DNA of 64,000 nucleotides from Octopus vulgaris (Eukaryota): NCBI GenBank assembly GCA_951406725.2, contig OX597817.1, positions 58,032,001 to 58,096,000 of the forward strand, read 5' to 3'. Shown piece by piece: positions 26,146 to 39,234 of this stretch (position 1 is its first letter; each line of letters starts with the position of its first letter). The notes under the pieces were generated by a model. It saw only the letters and a program-made list of their open reading frames with translations, ran no database searches and was not told where the DNA came from. The position numbers and the translations under genes were made by a program.

Positions 26146-26269
26146 TTCCAACAACAACTGCCTTGGCGGAGGTTCTCAGTCGTCAAAAGGAACAGGTAAA
26201 GCGGTTGGAGGGAGTGAAGCGGACCTGCAGTGCCAAGCAGCCTACGGACCCACATCAGTTGTCCTCAGG
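26146..26269 (+). CDS. Exon: SNNNCLGGGSQSSKGTGKAVGGSEADLQCQAAYGPTSVVLR (end of protease domain and start of ADAMTS Cys-rich/disintegrin-like domain)
   Basis: Acceptor attttgttAG and donor AGG|gtaaga; 124 nt, phase 2 to 0. NxCL...ADxQCxxxYGxxS is the ADAMTS pattern. Confidence 0.88.
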
Positions 26270-26707
26270 GTAAGAATTATTTCTAATTCTTTATTTTTAT
26301 TTGTCCGCTCGTTTGTTTGTTTGTTTATTTGTTTGTTTTGCCAATGCCGTATTCTTCATATAAGATCTTCCGAGTTACTCAGTAGTAACGACATTTTCTT
26401 GTCTTACTAACGGTGAGTATTTTAAGTCCACTGTTAAGCTGTATATTGGAGTGGACAGCATTAAGTCTTCTTCAATAACATGAAGCACACACACGTATAT
26501 ACGTATGTATGTATGTATGTATGTATGTATGTATGTATGTATGTATGTATGTATGTATGTATGTATGTATGTATGTATGTATGTATGTATGTATGTATGT
26601 GTGTATGTATGTATATATGTATGTGTGTGTACATATATGTATTATATATATGTATGCATGTGTGTGTATATATGTATATATATGAATATATACATATGTA
26701 TATATGC

Positions 26708-26758
<51 letters not shown>

Positions 26759-27903
26759 AATTAAGATATAAACTCAAATTAGACAATCATACTCATAAAG
26801 TTATATATTCGACTTAAAATGCATATACATACATTAATACACACACACACACATACATACACACACTCACACATAGGTGCAGGCTTGGCTGGGTCTTTAA
26901 GAAGCTCACTTTGTAACCAAATAGTTTCAGGTTCAGCCTCACTACACTCTACCTTGGGCGACTGTCTTCTAAAACACTGCTGGGACGACCAATGCTTTGT
27001 GAATTAATTTGATAGACGAACGCAATGATTACAATGCCTGGCCTTTTAGTAATTTCATACTTGGTTGGCGTTGATTTAACTCGTAAATTACGTACGTTGG
27101 AATTGTTTTATAGCTTATTTAGCGGGGAAAGGTTAATACCTTTGACCGAGCATTGAATCCAGCGAAATAATATTAAATCGGGCATGAGATTAAGCCTACC
27201 ATCCAGAATCTACCCGACGAGTTTCTGCAGTTTCTGTCTATGCACTTTTACTCACCAGGTTTAGTCGATTTCAGGCTATGATAAAAAATACTGCGCAGTA
27301 GGACCAAACCTAGAATCTTGTGTCTGCAATGCAAGCTTCTTATCGACATGATCATGTCTGGCAATGTATTACCTGTTGAGAAGTTCTCAGATTCATTAAT
27401 TCATTCATTCAACGGTCATTAATCATCCGTCAATAATCATCCATCAAGTTTAGGTCGGAGGTGCTAATTAATATTCGTTAGAAAGGCTGTTTCTCTCAAT
27501 AACAGCTAATTTATTCACAGCCCACCAGCTTTTTGTGACATCACCGACTGTTTCATCGGTGTTATACTATAAACGTCTGACTGATTACCAATCTGATATT
27601 CGGTGTTTGGCTGGATACTGTTGATGATCCGCAATTTACGGTAAAATCACGTGACACAGTAGTGCTATCCGCCGGTGATGACTAAAATTTTGTCCGTCGA
27701 TATAGTTTTTGTTTTCTTTTAGCATTTGTCGTGTGCACGACACGATTTTCAGAGACAGTCTAAGGCGTTCTAATCAACACATACAACTTAGGTCGGATGA
27801 GCTAATTAATAAAAAGAAAAAAAGAAATTTGTTTGTTACATTTTATACACACATGTTGGTATATATATTTGTTTGTTTACATTTTATACACACATGGTTG
27901 GTA

Positions 27904-27975
<72 letters not shown>

Positions 27976-28040
27976 GATGAATATGGTACTTAAGAATTTT
28001 GGATGGTATTATCCATATAAATCGAATGGGGTGATTAGAA

Positions 28041-28180
28041 TCAAAATAAGCAACAAGGATATCCAAGGTAGTGTAGTACAATTGTTTCATGCTACTTCAT
28101 TTTATTAAATGTTTAATAAAATGAAGTAGCATGAAACAATTGTACTGCACTACCTTGGATATCTTTGTTGCTTATTTTGA
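28041..28180. repeat. ~140-bp near-perfect palindrome between (TA)n arrays
   Basis: tcaaaataagcaacaagg...ttttattaaa-tg-tttaataaaa...ttgttgcttattttga. Confidence 0.9.
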
Positions 28181-28188
28181 GTATATAT

Positions 28189-28249
<61 letters not shown>

Positions 28250-28295
28250 GGCGACTCCGCCACTCGGGCTGTTCGGGCTTAGCCTGAGTATATAT

Positions 28296-28349
<54 letters not shown>

Positions 28350-29131
28350 GGGCGACTCCGCCACTCGGGCTGTTCGGGCTTAGCCTGAGTATAAATTTAG
28401 TAAAGTGAATATGTATTTTCAAGCTGATTTAATTTCTGCTAACACTGACTTCAAGTGTGTAATTGCAGCCAATAATTCAGGCTCCTTTTATTGAGCCTGG
28501 TCGCAGTTCATTTATTTTCCTTCAGCGTCTGGCGGTCGTCGTAGAGGTGTCCTGTGTCAAAAGATATCATTCGTCGCAGACGTTCTCTCGACATCGTTCA
28601 CATGCTCCTGACTCGGGCTCAGAAATTACAGCCCGAGTTGTTATCTATAATCTATAATCCTAAAAATTAAATGTAATTCAAATTCAATGTTTTTTTCAAA
28701 CAATAAATTTCTATAAAGATTAAGATTTAAATTCCAAACTTTCCATTCTACAATATTCTTAAAGAAACAAAAAATTATTCAGCAACTCGGCCTAATATGA
28801 ACGAGCCTGGTAGGTGTGAAAGACTAACTGGCATCTCTTGTCAAGAGTACAGGCGACAGTCAGATCGCTGATGTATGATGTGCATTCCGCTGTCGTTATT
28901 TGGTTGCTGTTATTCTGTGCGTCTGTGAGTAAAGATCAGTTGTTTTGCAAGGTTGCTTTATTTTAAGCCTTAACTTAGAAATGGAGAAAGACATAGTGTG
29001 CTAGATATAAGAAATAAGCCATTTGGGTCTAGAAATAAAGCAGAAAAACGTGAAATTCTTGGAGCAGGCATGTGTCTTATGCGAAAACTGTGATGAGCCC
29101 GAGTGACGCTGATGATTTGGAGTCACCTCTG

Positions 29132-29190
<59 letters not shown>

Positions 29191-29542
29191 TGTGTGTGTG
29201 CCGCTAAGTGTTTTGCCCGGCGTGCTTTGCTTTCGATTGAAGCGTTAGAAGACGAGCGAAATATTAATTAACGAATGTCAAAAGGATAGGAGTTCTGTAA
29301 TTATCTTCATTAGCTTCCAGCTGTTTCTGCTATGAGAAGCAGTACACTCGGAGCAGAGCGTTTGTCCAACATCCTTTAGCTTCCTTTGAATTTTCAAATG
29401 ATGTGTATAGTTATTTCGGAAAGCATTTAAATTAATATGTTTGCGAGTGTGCGTGTGTGTGTGTGCGTGCATGTGTGTATGTGTGTATTCATCAAATTGT
29501 TGGGTCACCTTAAAAGTGTCTCCTTTCGAATTCTGTTGTCAG

Positions 29543-29647
29543 CAAGAGTACAAAGATGACTACACCGTAATATGTCCTGGAATGAAATGTACAGAGTCTG
29601 ATACACCCATAATTCCAAGCGATGGTACATCCTGTGGCAGGAAAAGG
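29543..29647 (+). CDS. Exon: QEYKDDYTVICPGMKCTESDTPIIPSDGTSCGRKR (Cys-rich domain)
   Basis: Acceptor ttctgttgtcAG and donor AGG|gtaagc; 105 nt, phase 0 to 0. Contains the DGTxCG motif of ADAM/ADAMTS Cys-rich domains. Confidence 0.9.
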
Positions 29648-30169
29648 GTAAGCGCTTATTTAACTCTGTTATTCACCTATTGTCCCTCAGTCTCTGTCTA
29701 TCTTTTTCTCTGTCTTTCGATCTATCTCTCTATGTATGTCTATTTAAAAACAAATGCAGACTTACACACACACACACACACATACACACCGACGTATATG
29801 CGTTCAAAGAACTAGACTTTTTTGTCTTTCTCGTTTATCTTTCCTCTTTTCAAAGAAACTATTTCTCCGTGCGTTCACTATTTTCCTCTCGTTCTGGTCT
29901 AACGACCCTCTATGTTTGTTTTTGTTCGGTTTCCTTGTATGTCTCCACTGTCCTGTTTTTATTTCCAATTTTGACCCTCCATAACTCCTAAATTTTATTT
30001 TAGAATTTATGGGAGCAACTGTCTTTGAAGACTCATATTGTCGTTGAATGCTCAAAATGAGGATTAGATAGATAGCCGACAACTCAAGGTCCTACGATCG
30101 TGAGCCGAACAACATCCCTAACCACTAAGCCACTCGTCTTCACTCGGGAGTGTTTAAAAAAATAGGAAA

Positions 30170-31086
30170 TATTGGGTCATCCCATAAATAATGTGTTTTT
30201 TTTCAATTGCATGAACTAAAAGTGGGGGGGGGGGATGAACTACATGCATCAACTTGTTATAAAAGTAGGTAGTAATTTTACCTTCTACTTATTCTTAGTT
30301 CAAGTTTTGAAGAGTACAGCTCGATTTTAACAGTTATTTTTTTAAAGCTGTAATGGAAGTGACAAAGGAACAAATTCGATACATTTAACTTTGAGTTCAA
30401 TAAAGGCAACAATGCAACGGAAAGTGAGAGGAATATTAATTCAGTATATGGGGATCGGACAATAAGTGTAAGTCAGTGTCAACAGTGGTTTCAGAAATTC
30501 CGAGCCGGAAACTATAGCCTAGAAGACGAGACTCATCCTTGATGATCTGTAGAGCTCGACGAGGACGTCCTGCAAACATTGCTGGAAAAAAATTCCGTAG
30601 TAGCTATTGAAGAACTAGCAAAGAAACTAGGATTTGGTTAGTGAACCATTCATTGATACCAGCACTAGAAGAAAAAAACGACCATCTTTGGTTTCAAGAC
30701 GAAAGGTGTTCTTCTATCAAGATAATGCTCGATAAAGATGATATTCCAAAGACTGGAACAGCTTGAATAGGAAACGATGCCCCACCCACCATATTCCCTG
30801 GACATTGCCCCATCTGATTATCATTTATTCCGCAGTCTTCAAAATGATTTGGACGGAAAAAATATGAATTCTATAGACGAGGTCGGAACAGTACTGGAAG
30901 AGTACTTTTCGTCATGGACAGGTGAATTTTGGAAGAGGGGCCTTGCAATCCTACCAGAAAGATGGAAGAGCATTGTAGAAAATAAAGGAGAGTATATTTT
31001 AGATTAAAAAAGAATTTTGTTTATCTGAAGTTTGAAAAATAAAAGAAGTATACAAAAAACTGCATTATTTATGGGATGACCCAATA
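30170..31086 (+). mobile_element. Internally deleted mariner transposon with intact TIRs and TA target duplication
   Basis: TA-ttgggtcatcccataaataatg ... cattatttatgggatgacccaa-TA. Transposase remnants include PHPPYSLDIAPSDYHLFRSLQN (mariner YSPDLAPSD motif). Confidence 0.92.
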
Positions 31087-31511
31087 CCTGCAAACGGAGG
31101 AGGAGTTAATTTAAAATACAGTCAATCATTCTGGTTTATTTGCCATGGTCGCAACAGATGTGGCAATAATGGTATTAGACTTCAGAGGCTGATATCCAGT
31201 GATTATCAACAATAATAAATCCAAATGGTCGTTGTCAGTGAAACAGTAGACTAATCTTTCTCGAGATCAATCTCTACCATCATAAAATGTGGAGACATGT
31301 CTACCTAGGATAATGTATCACGGGATATATCTTAAAACAAAGATGGGATGAATATCTTTGACCCCGGGCTCTGGTCAGTCAGAACCTGGTGTCAAACAGC
31401 AACAACATCAACAACAACAATGATAATGATTTCATTTGTCACTAGGGTGAAAGATGAGGAGGACACTAGAAAGACAGGCATAGAGTGTGGGGGGTTACAT
31501 ATAAAGAAATG

Positions 31512-31591
<80 letters not shown>

Positions 31592-31633
31592 CATAATACA
31601 AAACATTTAACCCATATCTTTCCCTGTTTACAG

Positions 31634-31685
31634 TGGTGTGAAGCTGGTCAGTGTATACGATCGGACAGTGCTCCAAATGTAATGG
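31634..31685 (+). CDS. Exon: WCEAGQCIRSDSAPNVM(G)
   Basis: Acceptor ccctgtttacAG and donor TGG|gtaagt; 52 nt, phase 0 to 1. Completes DGTSCGxxxWCxxGxC. Confidence 0.9.
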
Positions 31686-32461
31686 GTAAGTTATCTTGTA
31701 CATCTAGTTTTCACATCAGTTTTCCCCCAACTTCATTCCCTGATGCCCCAGGACACACCATCACTGATGTTTCCAGGCGTCGTTATGTGTTTGAGGTTTG
31801 AACTTGAACTCTTTGACTGTCCAAAGCATTTTCATAAGTTTCACCGAAATGTCCATGCTTCTTTCAGACTTTTCATTAACCCCTGTTTCATACGTTCCGA
31901 GTAACATAAACCTTTCCTTTCATAAGTCTCAAGTTATTCTGGCGGCTGAAAAAAAAAAAACATTATGAGCATGTGTCATATATGGTGCATGGACGCCATA
32001 TGTCCTGTGTAAGACATGCAATACACAGAACAGGCATAGGCTTCACAATGACTCATTATTTATCCTGTCTTCGTTATTCTTGTGGTGATTGTGAATTAAC
32101 CGAATCGTCAAAGCGTCGGACAAACTTTCTGATTTCTAATTTCACCGGAGTCAACTTTGCCCTTGACTTTGCTCATGGTCTATCAAATAAAAAAAAAACC
32201 TTTTTTATTTTAAGAAAACTTTTACCAAACCCCGTGATAAACGGGGATAGATATATAAAAGTGTTTTAAAGAAATTACTTCAACTTTGGCTTTGCTGATG
32301 GGTTTTGTACCTTAAAACAAGATCCATCCCTCTTTTAAATATTGCCATCAACATCTTGAAAGTTCTAAAAGTTAAATAAATCTCCTTTAATTGCAATATA
32401 AAATTAGAAATCTAAATAATTTTGAAAATGTTTTTCTCTTGTGATTTATGAAAACACGCAG

Positions 32462-32599
32462 GTCATTGTCCATTTGGAGACCAGCCTGGAATTGTTGACC
32501 AAGACCTTCCTTGTGCTGAACTCATTGCTGTCTCGCCAGGGGAATGCTACACGGGTCGCTGCTGTGAATCTTGTGCATCCAAGTATGTCGGACTTGAAA
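32462..32599 (+). CDS. Exon: 6-Cys repeat 1 HCPFGDQPGIVDQDLPCAELIAVSPGECYTGRCCESCASKYVGLE (PLAC-like)
   Basis: Acceptor cacgcAG and donor AAA|gtaagg; 138 nt, phase 1 to 1. CxxGD...C...C...CCxSC pattern. Confidence 0.88.
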
Positions 32600-33214
32600 G
32601 TAAGGGCCATTGTCTTATTGGTTATATCAATTGTCGTTATAATTTGATCTGCTTCTATGACCGTTTGCATTCAAAGTGACCCCTCAGTGGGTAAGTACCC
32701 TCATCAGCTTTTGAAGTGGAGACATAGAAACTGCGATGTTTATGCTGTTCAAATTTTATTAGCAACACAAGTGAGGTGAAATGATATTACTACAACTCTG
32801 AATCGAAACCGGTTCTCGAAGTCGTCTGATTGGGAACATACAGATCTCCTGCGACATTCTCCTTGAAAATCGAACATAACATGAACAAAGATGAAAGTCT
32901 TCAAATGCACTTAGACACACACACGCACACATACACACACACACACACATACACGCACACACTCCCCACACACACGTCTTATGTAATTTATCGCAAATAA
33001 TTATTTCTATGTGATTTGGCTCGAAGCAGAATTCTACTGAAACAGTTATGACCAATGTGAAACCAATACTCATATCTTCATCTTCTTTGTTTACATCTGA
33101 GTGCGCACGCGCATGTTTGTGTGTGTACGTATGCATAGATGTATGTATATATGTATGCATATATATATATTATTTACAATATTTACATTCGATGGCTATA
33201 GAACTGTATGTAGC

Positions 33215-33372
33215 CACTACACACATTTTTTTCTCCTTGTTTTTTTTTTCTGTGTCCCTTTCTGTAGAAGAGCGTAGGCTCGAAACGTAAAAGACTTTTT
33301 CTATTCCTGAGTGTTATACTAATACATCTGTTTGTTTTGTACACCACCTGTCGCCGTCTTTTGTTTTTTTCT
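33215..33372 (+). mobile_element. Short Penelope-like/retrozyme-like repeat with a hammerhead-like motif
   Basis: Homologous to 7735-7900. ttt-CTGTAGA-a-gagc-gtag-gctc-GAAA-cgta-aaag. Confidence 0.55.
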
Positions 33373-33376
33373 CCCC

Positions 33377-33422
<46 letters not shown>

Positions 33423-33501
33423 GCATGCATGTATGTACGTATATATATGTATATATATATATGTATATATTTATGTGAGTATATGTATACATGTTTGTGC
33501 A

Positions 33502-33573
<72 letters not shown>

Positions 33574-33988
33574 TGTGTGTGTGTGTGTGTTTGTGTTTGT
33601 GTTTGTCTTTCACCGTTTGATAACAGTGATTGGTTTGTTTATAAATCCATAACATAGCGGTTCGGCATAAAAAACCGATGGAATAATCGCCTGGCTTAAA
33701 AGAAAACTCAGAATCGAGTTGATCGACTAAACCTTTCAAGATGGCAGCTTTCTAAGGCTACAACACAATGACTGAAGGGGATTTTAAAAACAATTGCAAA
33801 AACGTTTGAACCCAAATCAAAAACTGATATATTTTGAAGCCCACAAAACACATTTTAAATAGATCGGTTATTGTGTTTAATAGACATATATATTTGTCGA
33901 CTTTATATAATTAAGAGATGTGGGTAATAAACATGGTAGATGGTTTCTATTTTGATATTTTAATTCAACTGTTTCATCTTCTCTCAAG

Positions 33989-34120
33989 ATTGTGAATATG
34001 GCGATCGTGTTACCGGTTGCCGGAAGTTCCTTTGCGCTTTCTACAACGCTAATGCAAGAAATAAACTCTGCTGTCACACTTGTTCCAATGGAAAACTTCG
34101 AAAGATTACTTCCACCCCAG
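33989..34120 (+). CDS. Exon: 6-Cys repeat 2 CEYGDRVTGCRKFLCAFYNANARNKLCCHTCSNGKLRKITSTP (PLAC-like)
   Basis: Acceptor catcttctctcaAG and donor CAG|gtatgt; 132 nt, phase 1 to 1. Same CxxGD...CCxTC pattern as the previous exon. Confidence 0.88.
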
Positions 34121-34345
34121 GTATGTTGACATAATCTTAGTCAACCATTTATTCCATCTCTCTCTTATTCTTCCGTTTTCGCTTTTATTTTTTTTTCTTA
34201 GTGTCCCTTTCGGTTTTCTTCCCTATATCTATAATCAGTCTCCGTTCTTTTAGTTTACTCATTTCTTATGGACTTCTTTGTTAAATAACTTTAACATTGC
34301 ATAGAAATACTATTTACATAGGACAGGCAGACCTGAAGCAGGCGT

Positions 34346-34719
34346 TTGTTTGTTTGTTGAGCGAAGCGGTCTTCGTCCCATTAGTGGGAGAAGTCCGAAA
34401 CGTGGTCCTTTGCTATTCGTAAGACCCGCAGAAGAGAAAGCAGGTCAACCCCCCCGACACCGAGAGCATCGACGGATGGATGAATGCGCATCCAGGCTCA
34501 GCGGTTGCGTAGGAAGTCGGGGACAAGAAACAGGAAGAAAGAGTGAGAGAAAGTTGGAGCGAAAGAGTACAACAGGGGTCGCCACCACCCCTGCCGGAGC
34601 CTCGTGGAGCTTCAGGTGTTTTCGCTCAATAAACACACACAACGCCCGGTCTGGGAATCGAAACCGCGATCCTCCGACCGCGAGTCCGCTGCCCTAACCA
34701 TTGGGCCATTGCGCCTCCA
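34346..34719 (-). mobile_element. Full-length tRNA-derived SINE with 13-bp TSD
   Basis: Minus-strand head tggcccaatggttagggc...ggtttcgattccc and (AAAC)n tail. Flanked by ctgaagcagRcgt at 34333-34345 and 34720-34732. Confidence 0.88.
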
Positions 34720-35390
34720 CTGAAGCAGACGTGGAGTAGAGAGGGCATTTCATTGACGTGGCGGCGAATGGCGACGAAAGGACTTGGACAAACTTAAGTG
34801 ACTGATTCCGTTCATGTCTTATTGGAGAGAACAGGGATGTCACCAAGACTGGTAGTAGTATTTACTATCGGCTAATGTACCTCATTGTTGCAAAACCATT
34901 AATAGGATACAAACCCTACAACCTTTTCGTCAAGCTGACCAACCATTGGTACATTACAGAAATATCAAATCGTTGTTGATGTTACGTAAAACACAACTAA
35001 TTATTGAACTCCAGAAAGTCAACTCTACACGATTCACCATTAAGTTTATTGCTCTCAACATTAATTGTCGTTATATCTAGGAAATTATTGATTTCAAACT
35101 TAAGCACAATGCCTCTAATTTGAAAGATTGACTTATCCAATTCATTATATCGATCTTAATACCGCATTGGTGACTATTTTATGACCCTAGGAAGGACAAA
35201 AGGCAAAAATTATTTTGACAAGATTCGAAGCCAGAACCTAAAGAAGCCCTAAAAAAGCATAATTAAGTTCCATATAGCAGTTTATCCATTTTCTCTGCTA
35301 ATTCTGTTAATCCCCGCCTATGTTAATCCTTTGTTCAAGAGCTTATTGCGTTTCTTCTTCTTCTCTTCTCATTCTTCGACCCAAACATGT

Positions 35391-35422
<32 letters not shown>

Positions 35423-35452
35423 TCACCAATTCTCGTCCTCTCTTTCTTCTAG

Positions 35453-35611
35453 AACCTACAACTACTACCACAATGGAACCAACCACAGAGTTGCTGACCA
35501 CTGAACAACTGACCGAACTAGTAACCTCTGACCTCGACTGGATGTCAACTTTCATGACCTTACCACCGCTCAACCTCACTAAATTACTATCCACCTTGAA
35601 GTCAACAAAAG
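35453..35611 (+). CDS. Exon: Thr/Glu-rich mucin-like linker EPTTTTTMEPTTELLTTEQLTELVTSDLDWMSTFMTLPPLNLTKLLSTLKSTK
   Basis: Long polypyrimidine acceptor ending ttcttctAG and donor AAG|gtaacg; 159 nt, phase 1 to 1, open frame. Confidence 0.8.
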
Positions 35612-35906
35612 GTAACGCCATTCAGGTAGCGCTTCCACACGATACATTCATGTTGCAGCATGTATCACTATGGAATACAGGCGCATTACATTAGGTACCA
35701 CTATGTAATATATAAGTATTACGTTAATTACTAATATGTACTATTTAGTATTACATTAGGTATTACTGAGTAATACATAACAGAGCTGAACGCTGCAATC
35801 CAATCGCCACCGCTTACATACTTTATACACGGATGGATGTCAAAGACAATATGACTATATATAAATATATGTGTGTGTGTGTGTGTGTATATAACATGTA
35901 TGTATA

Positions 35907-36575
35907 TATGAGGTCTGATCAATAAGTATCCGGACTGTTGCTATATTAACGAAGCTAAAACATGCAGAGTGAAGCTGCTTAGCACAGATTGACCTTGAAC
36001 TCTACTGCGCTTGTGCACTAAGTTTTAACGTTCTAGCTCACTTCCGCTGATTACAGCAGTGCTTTTAAGTAATGTGTGTAACGGTTGATCGTCGCATTGA
36101 CCATGACAAAGGAAATTGTCGTGGCGATTCCTGCTCAGATGCCTGCGCAAAGTTGCAGAAAGTGTATGGAGAGGAGTGTATGAGTCGCACACAAGTGTAT
36201 GAGTGGTTCAGACGTTTTCAAGATGACCAAAAAATGGCGATATTGACGAATGTTTTGGGAAACCTGCAACCAGCAGAGCTGAGAAAAACATTGCAGATGT
36301 GTGTGCAGCTGTGAGAAGCAGTCGTCGAATCACCATCTGTGTGTTATCAGAGGACGTGCCGTTTAGTTACGGTTCAGTTCACCCCTTTATCACTGAAAAT
36401 TCGGGCATGCGACGCGTGGCTGCCAAGTTTGTGCCAAAACTGCTTTCAGATAGCCAAAAAGATACTCGAACTTCAGTTGCACAAGATCTCTTTGATTGTT
36501 TCGAGAACGATGAAAACTTTTTGAAAACTTTGCGTAGGCCTTTGTGCAGGTATCGCCAAGCTTTTGACAAAATTT
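35907..36575 (+). mobile_element. Truncated mariner transposon (5' TIR and N-terminal HTH region)
   Basis: TA-tgaggtctgatcaataagtatccggac end. KLQKVYGEECMSRTQVYEWFRRF and RRVAAKFVPKLL (WVPxxL motif equivalent). Frameshifted. Confidence 0.85.
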
Positions 36576-36874
36576 GATGCAGATTGCAACCCTACTATAA
36601 CACCGGTGCAGTCTCTTCGGGGTCTTTACTCGATATCCTTCGATTTAACCGTTTAAAGATTTTCTTTTATCTACTGTATGATGTAGAGTTGTCCGTTAAG
36701 TCAGAGGCGAGCAACCGCCATTTCAAGTTTTTATTTGATAAACATATATCGTTCATTATTCCAAAACCTTCCGTTGTTTAAGTTATTATTCATTAATACA
36801 TGGCAAATATAAATTCCCTCATCCGCAAGCATCTCAATATAAATGAATGTCTGTATATATGTTTACTTGTATAG

Positions 36875-37051
36875 CACCAACAGCAATGCCTACAACCAAA
36901 GTGCTGATTCCAACATTCAGAAGAAGTGACCTCATTCCGTGCTGGAACCCACATTTGAGGGGTTGGGTTTATCGCAAGAAATGTAATATGTTTGGTAAAC
37001 GAAGGAAATACAGAAAATCACCCCTGAGCCCAGTGTCCCGGAAGTACAGAG
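36875..37051 (+). CDS. Exon: APTAMPTTKVLIPTFRRSDLIPCWNPHLRGWVYRKKCNMFGKRRKYRKSPLSPVSRKYR
   Basis: Acceptor ttacttgtatAG and donor GAG|gtaatc; 177 nt, phase 1 to 1, open frame. Confidence 0.78.
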
Positions 37052-38325
37052 GTAATCGTTACGCTTATATTTACATATCGTTCGTCTGGTTAATTATCAT
37101 AGCTTTGTTATTCAATAATCTTTCGATGATAGGCAACAAAACGATCACGTCTCCATGCTCCCTAGAAAAGACTGAAAATTCAGCCTTCCAGTCATCTTCC
37201 TATAAATACATCCATTTATGAGGTCATTTATAAATTTGTTTATTTAGCTATAAGTAACACGAGTTGATAGGTTTAAGTCACCGCTGTATGGAGCGAAGAC
37301 ATTTTCAATTGTGAAGAGGTTTACACAAAAAGATGACTTGCATGTTTCGGCAGATTTGAACGGGAATATGTTAATCGCTGGTGTGTTTGTCACAGGAAAT
37401 CATCATCTTCTTTATGACAAATAAGTGTTCATAACATACTCGTTTCATTAGTGTAAGGGATGGATTCTGTGATAGCCTGTGATTCGACATCGAGAGTGTT
37501 GCGAACATGCGTTCATCGTAAAGAAGTTGTTTTCCTGTGACGAAACACAACGACAATTAGCATATTCCTGTTCGAATCTGGAGGAACACATTAAAAATTC
37601 ACAGAGAAATCATCGTTTTAATTCTCACTGTTCACCGTACTTTATGGCGATTCATATAAACTGATAACAAAATATATCAATATGAAAAAAAATTGAAATA
37701 TGCGCATGCGCGTACACACGTATATGTATTATGTTTGTGTTTGTGCTTTTTAAAGTCATACTGTAAAATAATATTAGGATTATAATGGGGGTTAATATTT
37801 TCAGCAGGTCCATGTGAGCGGCATTACAGGCTTCAGGGCAATGCATTAAGTCCTTATAGAATTTATTTACTGACAGCAAGCTACAAGATACATACATCAG
37901 AATTGGACCACCAGACCCACGAGGCACCCAAGCGACTGCCCGGGGTGTTTATGGCTCAAGGCGACACTTGTTTCAGTATTACTCTTTTGTAATCACTACT
38001 AAATACGTTTCACGTATAGAGTAACCTCAGGTATGTGGTGTTAGTTGTACGAGGACACCGTCAGCTTGTTGTGCCGAGTTCACGATCAAAATCTCGCTAA
38101 TGTTTTTAAACGTACATCCCTCCAAACAGGCGCAATTCTTTCTGCAAAAGAAACGCAATGAAAATTCCGAAAAAATCATCAGCAACATTTCGAGAGAGAT
38201 TCTTTCAAGCACTGATGAACAAAAAAAAAAATGATAAACAGGACAAAAAACACAAAATAATTAAGTACAGTAGTTAGCATTAAGTAATTTGGGTTCACAT
38301 TTATGTATCGCAAATTCTCTTTGGA

Positions 38326-38830
38326 GGCGGCGAGCTGGTAGAATCGTTAGTGCGTCGTACAAAATGCTTAGTAGCATTTCTTTCGGCTCTTTATGTTATG
38401 ACTTAAAATTCCAACGAAGCCGACTTTGTCCCTCATCCTCTCGGGGTCAATAAAATAAAGTACCAGTCAAGTACTGAGGTCGAAGTAACCGACTTGCCCC
38501 TACCCTCAAAATTACTAACCTTAAACCCAGTAACAGACCGGTGTCATGTTCAGGAGACTGTTGAAATCTTGGTTAATAACACATCATGGAAACTAGTATC
38601 AAATTTTTTTTTAAAGATCTTTTAGGAAAGCATATCACTGCATAGCGAAGGCGGTGAGCTGGAAGAATCGTTTGCGCGCTGGACGAAATGCTCAGCGGTC
38701 CATCGCTACGTTCTGAGTTCATGTTCTGCCGAGGTCGACTTTGCCTTTCATCCTTTTGGGGTTGATAAATTAAGCACCAGTGAAACACTGGGGTCGATGT
38801 AATAGACTAGTCCCTCCCCACCCCAGAAAT
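38326..38830 (+). mobile_element. Two SINE family A copies (38326-38520, 38650-38830)
   Basis: Both begin ggcgg(c/t)gagctgg..gaatcgtt and share the cgactttg...catcct...aagtaccag/aagcaccag core. Confidence 0.8.
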
Positions 38831-39234
38831 TGGTCAGGAAGCCAATAAGGAGGAAATCCTCTGGCATATAGATTAAAAAAAGAATTCATTTAAGCTGCCC
38901 ACAATCCATATATGGAGTGTAAATACAGACTGACATCTAGTCAGTCTTATTTATACGGATTTCTAACTTTAATTCGAGGTGACTATTGATTGCTGTCGGC
39001 CACTGGTGATCTTTGTTAATAATTAGCGATCTCTATCGATCGTTGTTGATCGCTGTTAGTTACTGTTGGTCTGTATTGATTAATGTTAATCAATGTATTG
39101 AGCAATGCTAACCACTGTATTGATCAGTATCGATCTCTATTGACAGCTCTTGGTCCATGTTTTGTTTAATCTTAGCGTAAGGCACGTATATTTCGTCGCA
39201 ACCAGATGGCGCAACAATACACTGGTGATGCAAA

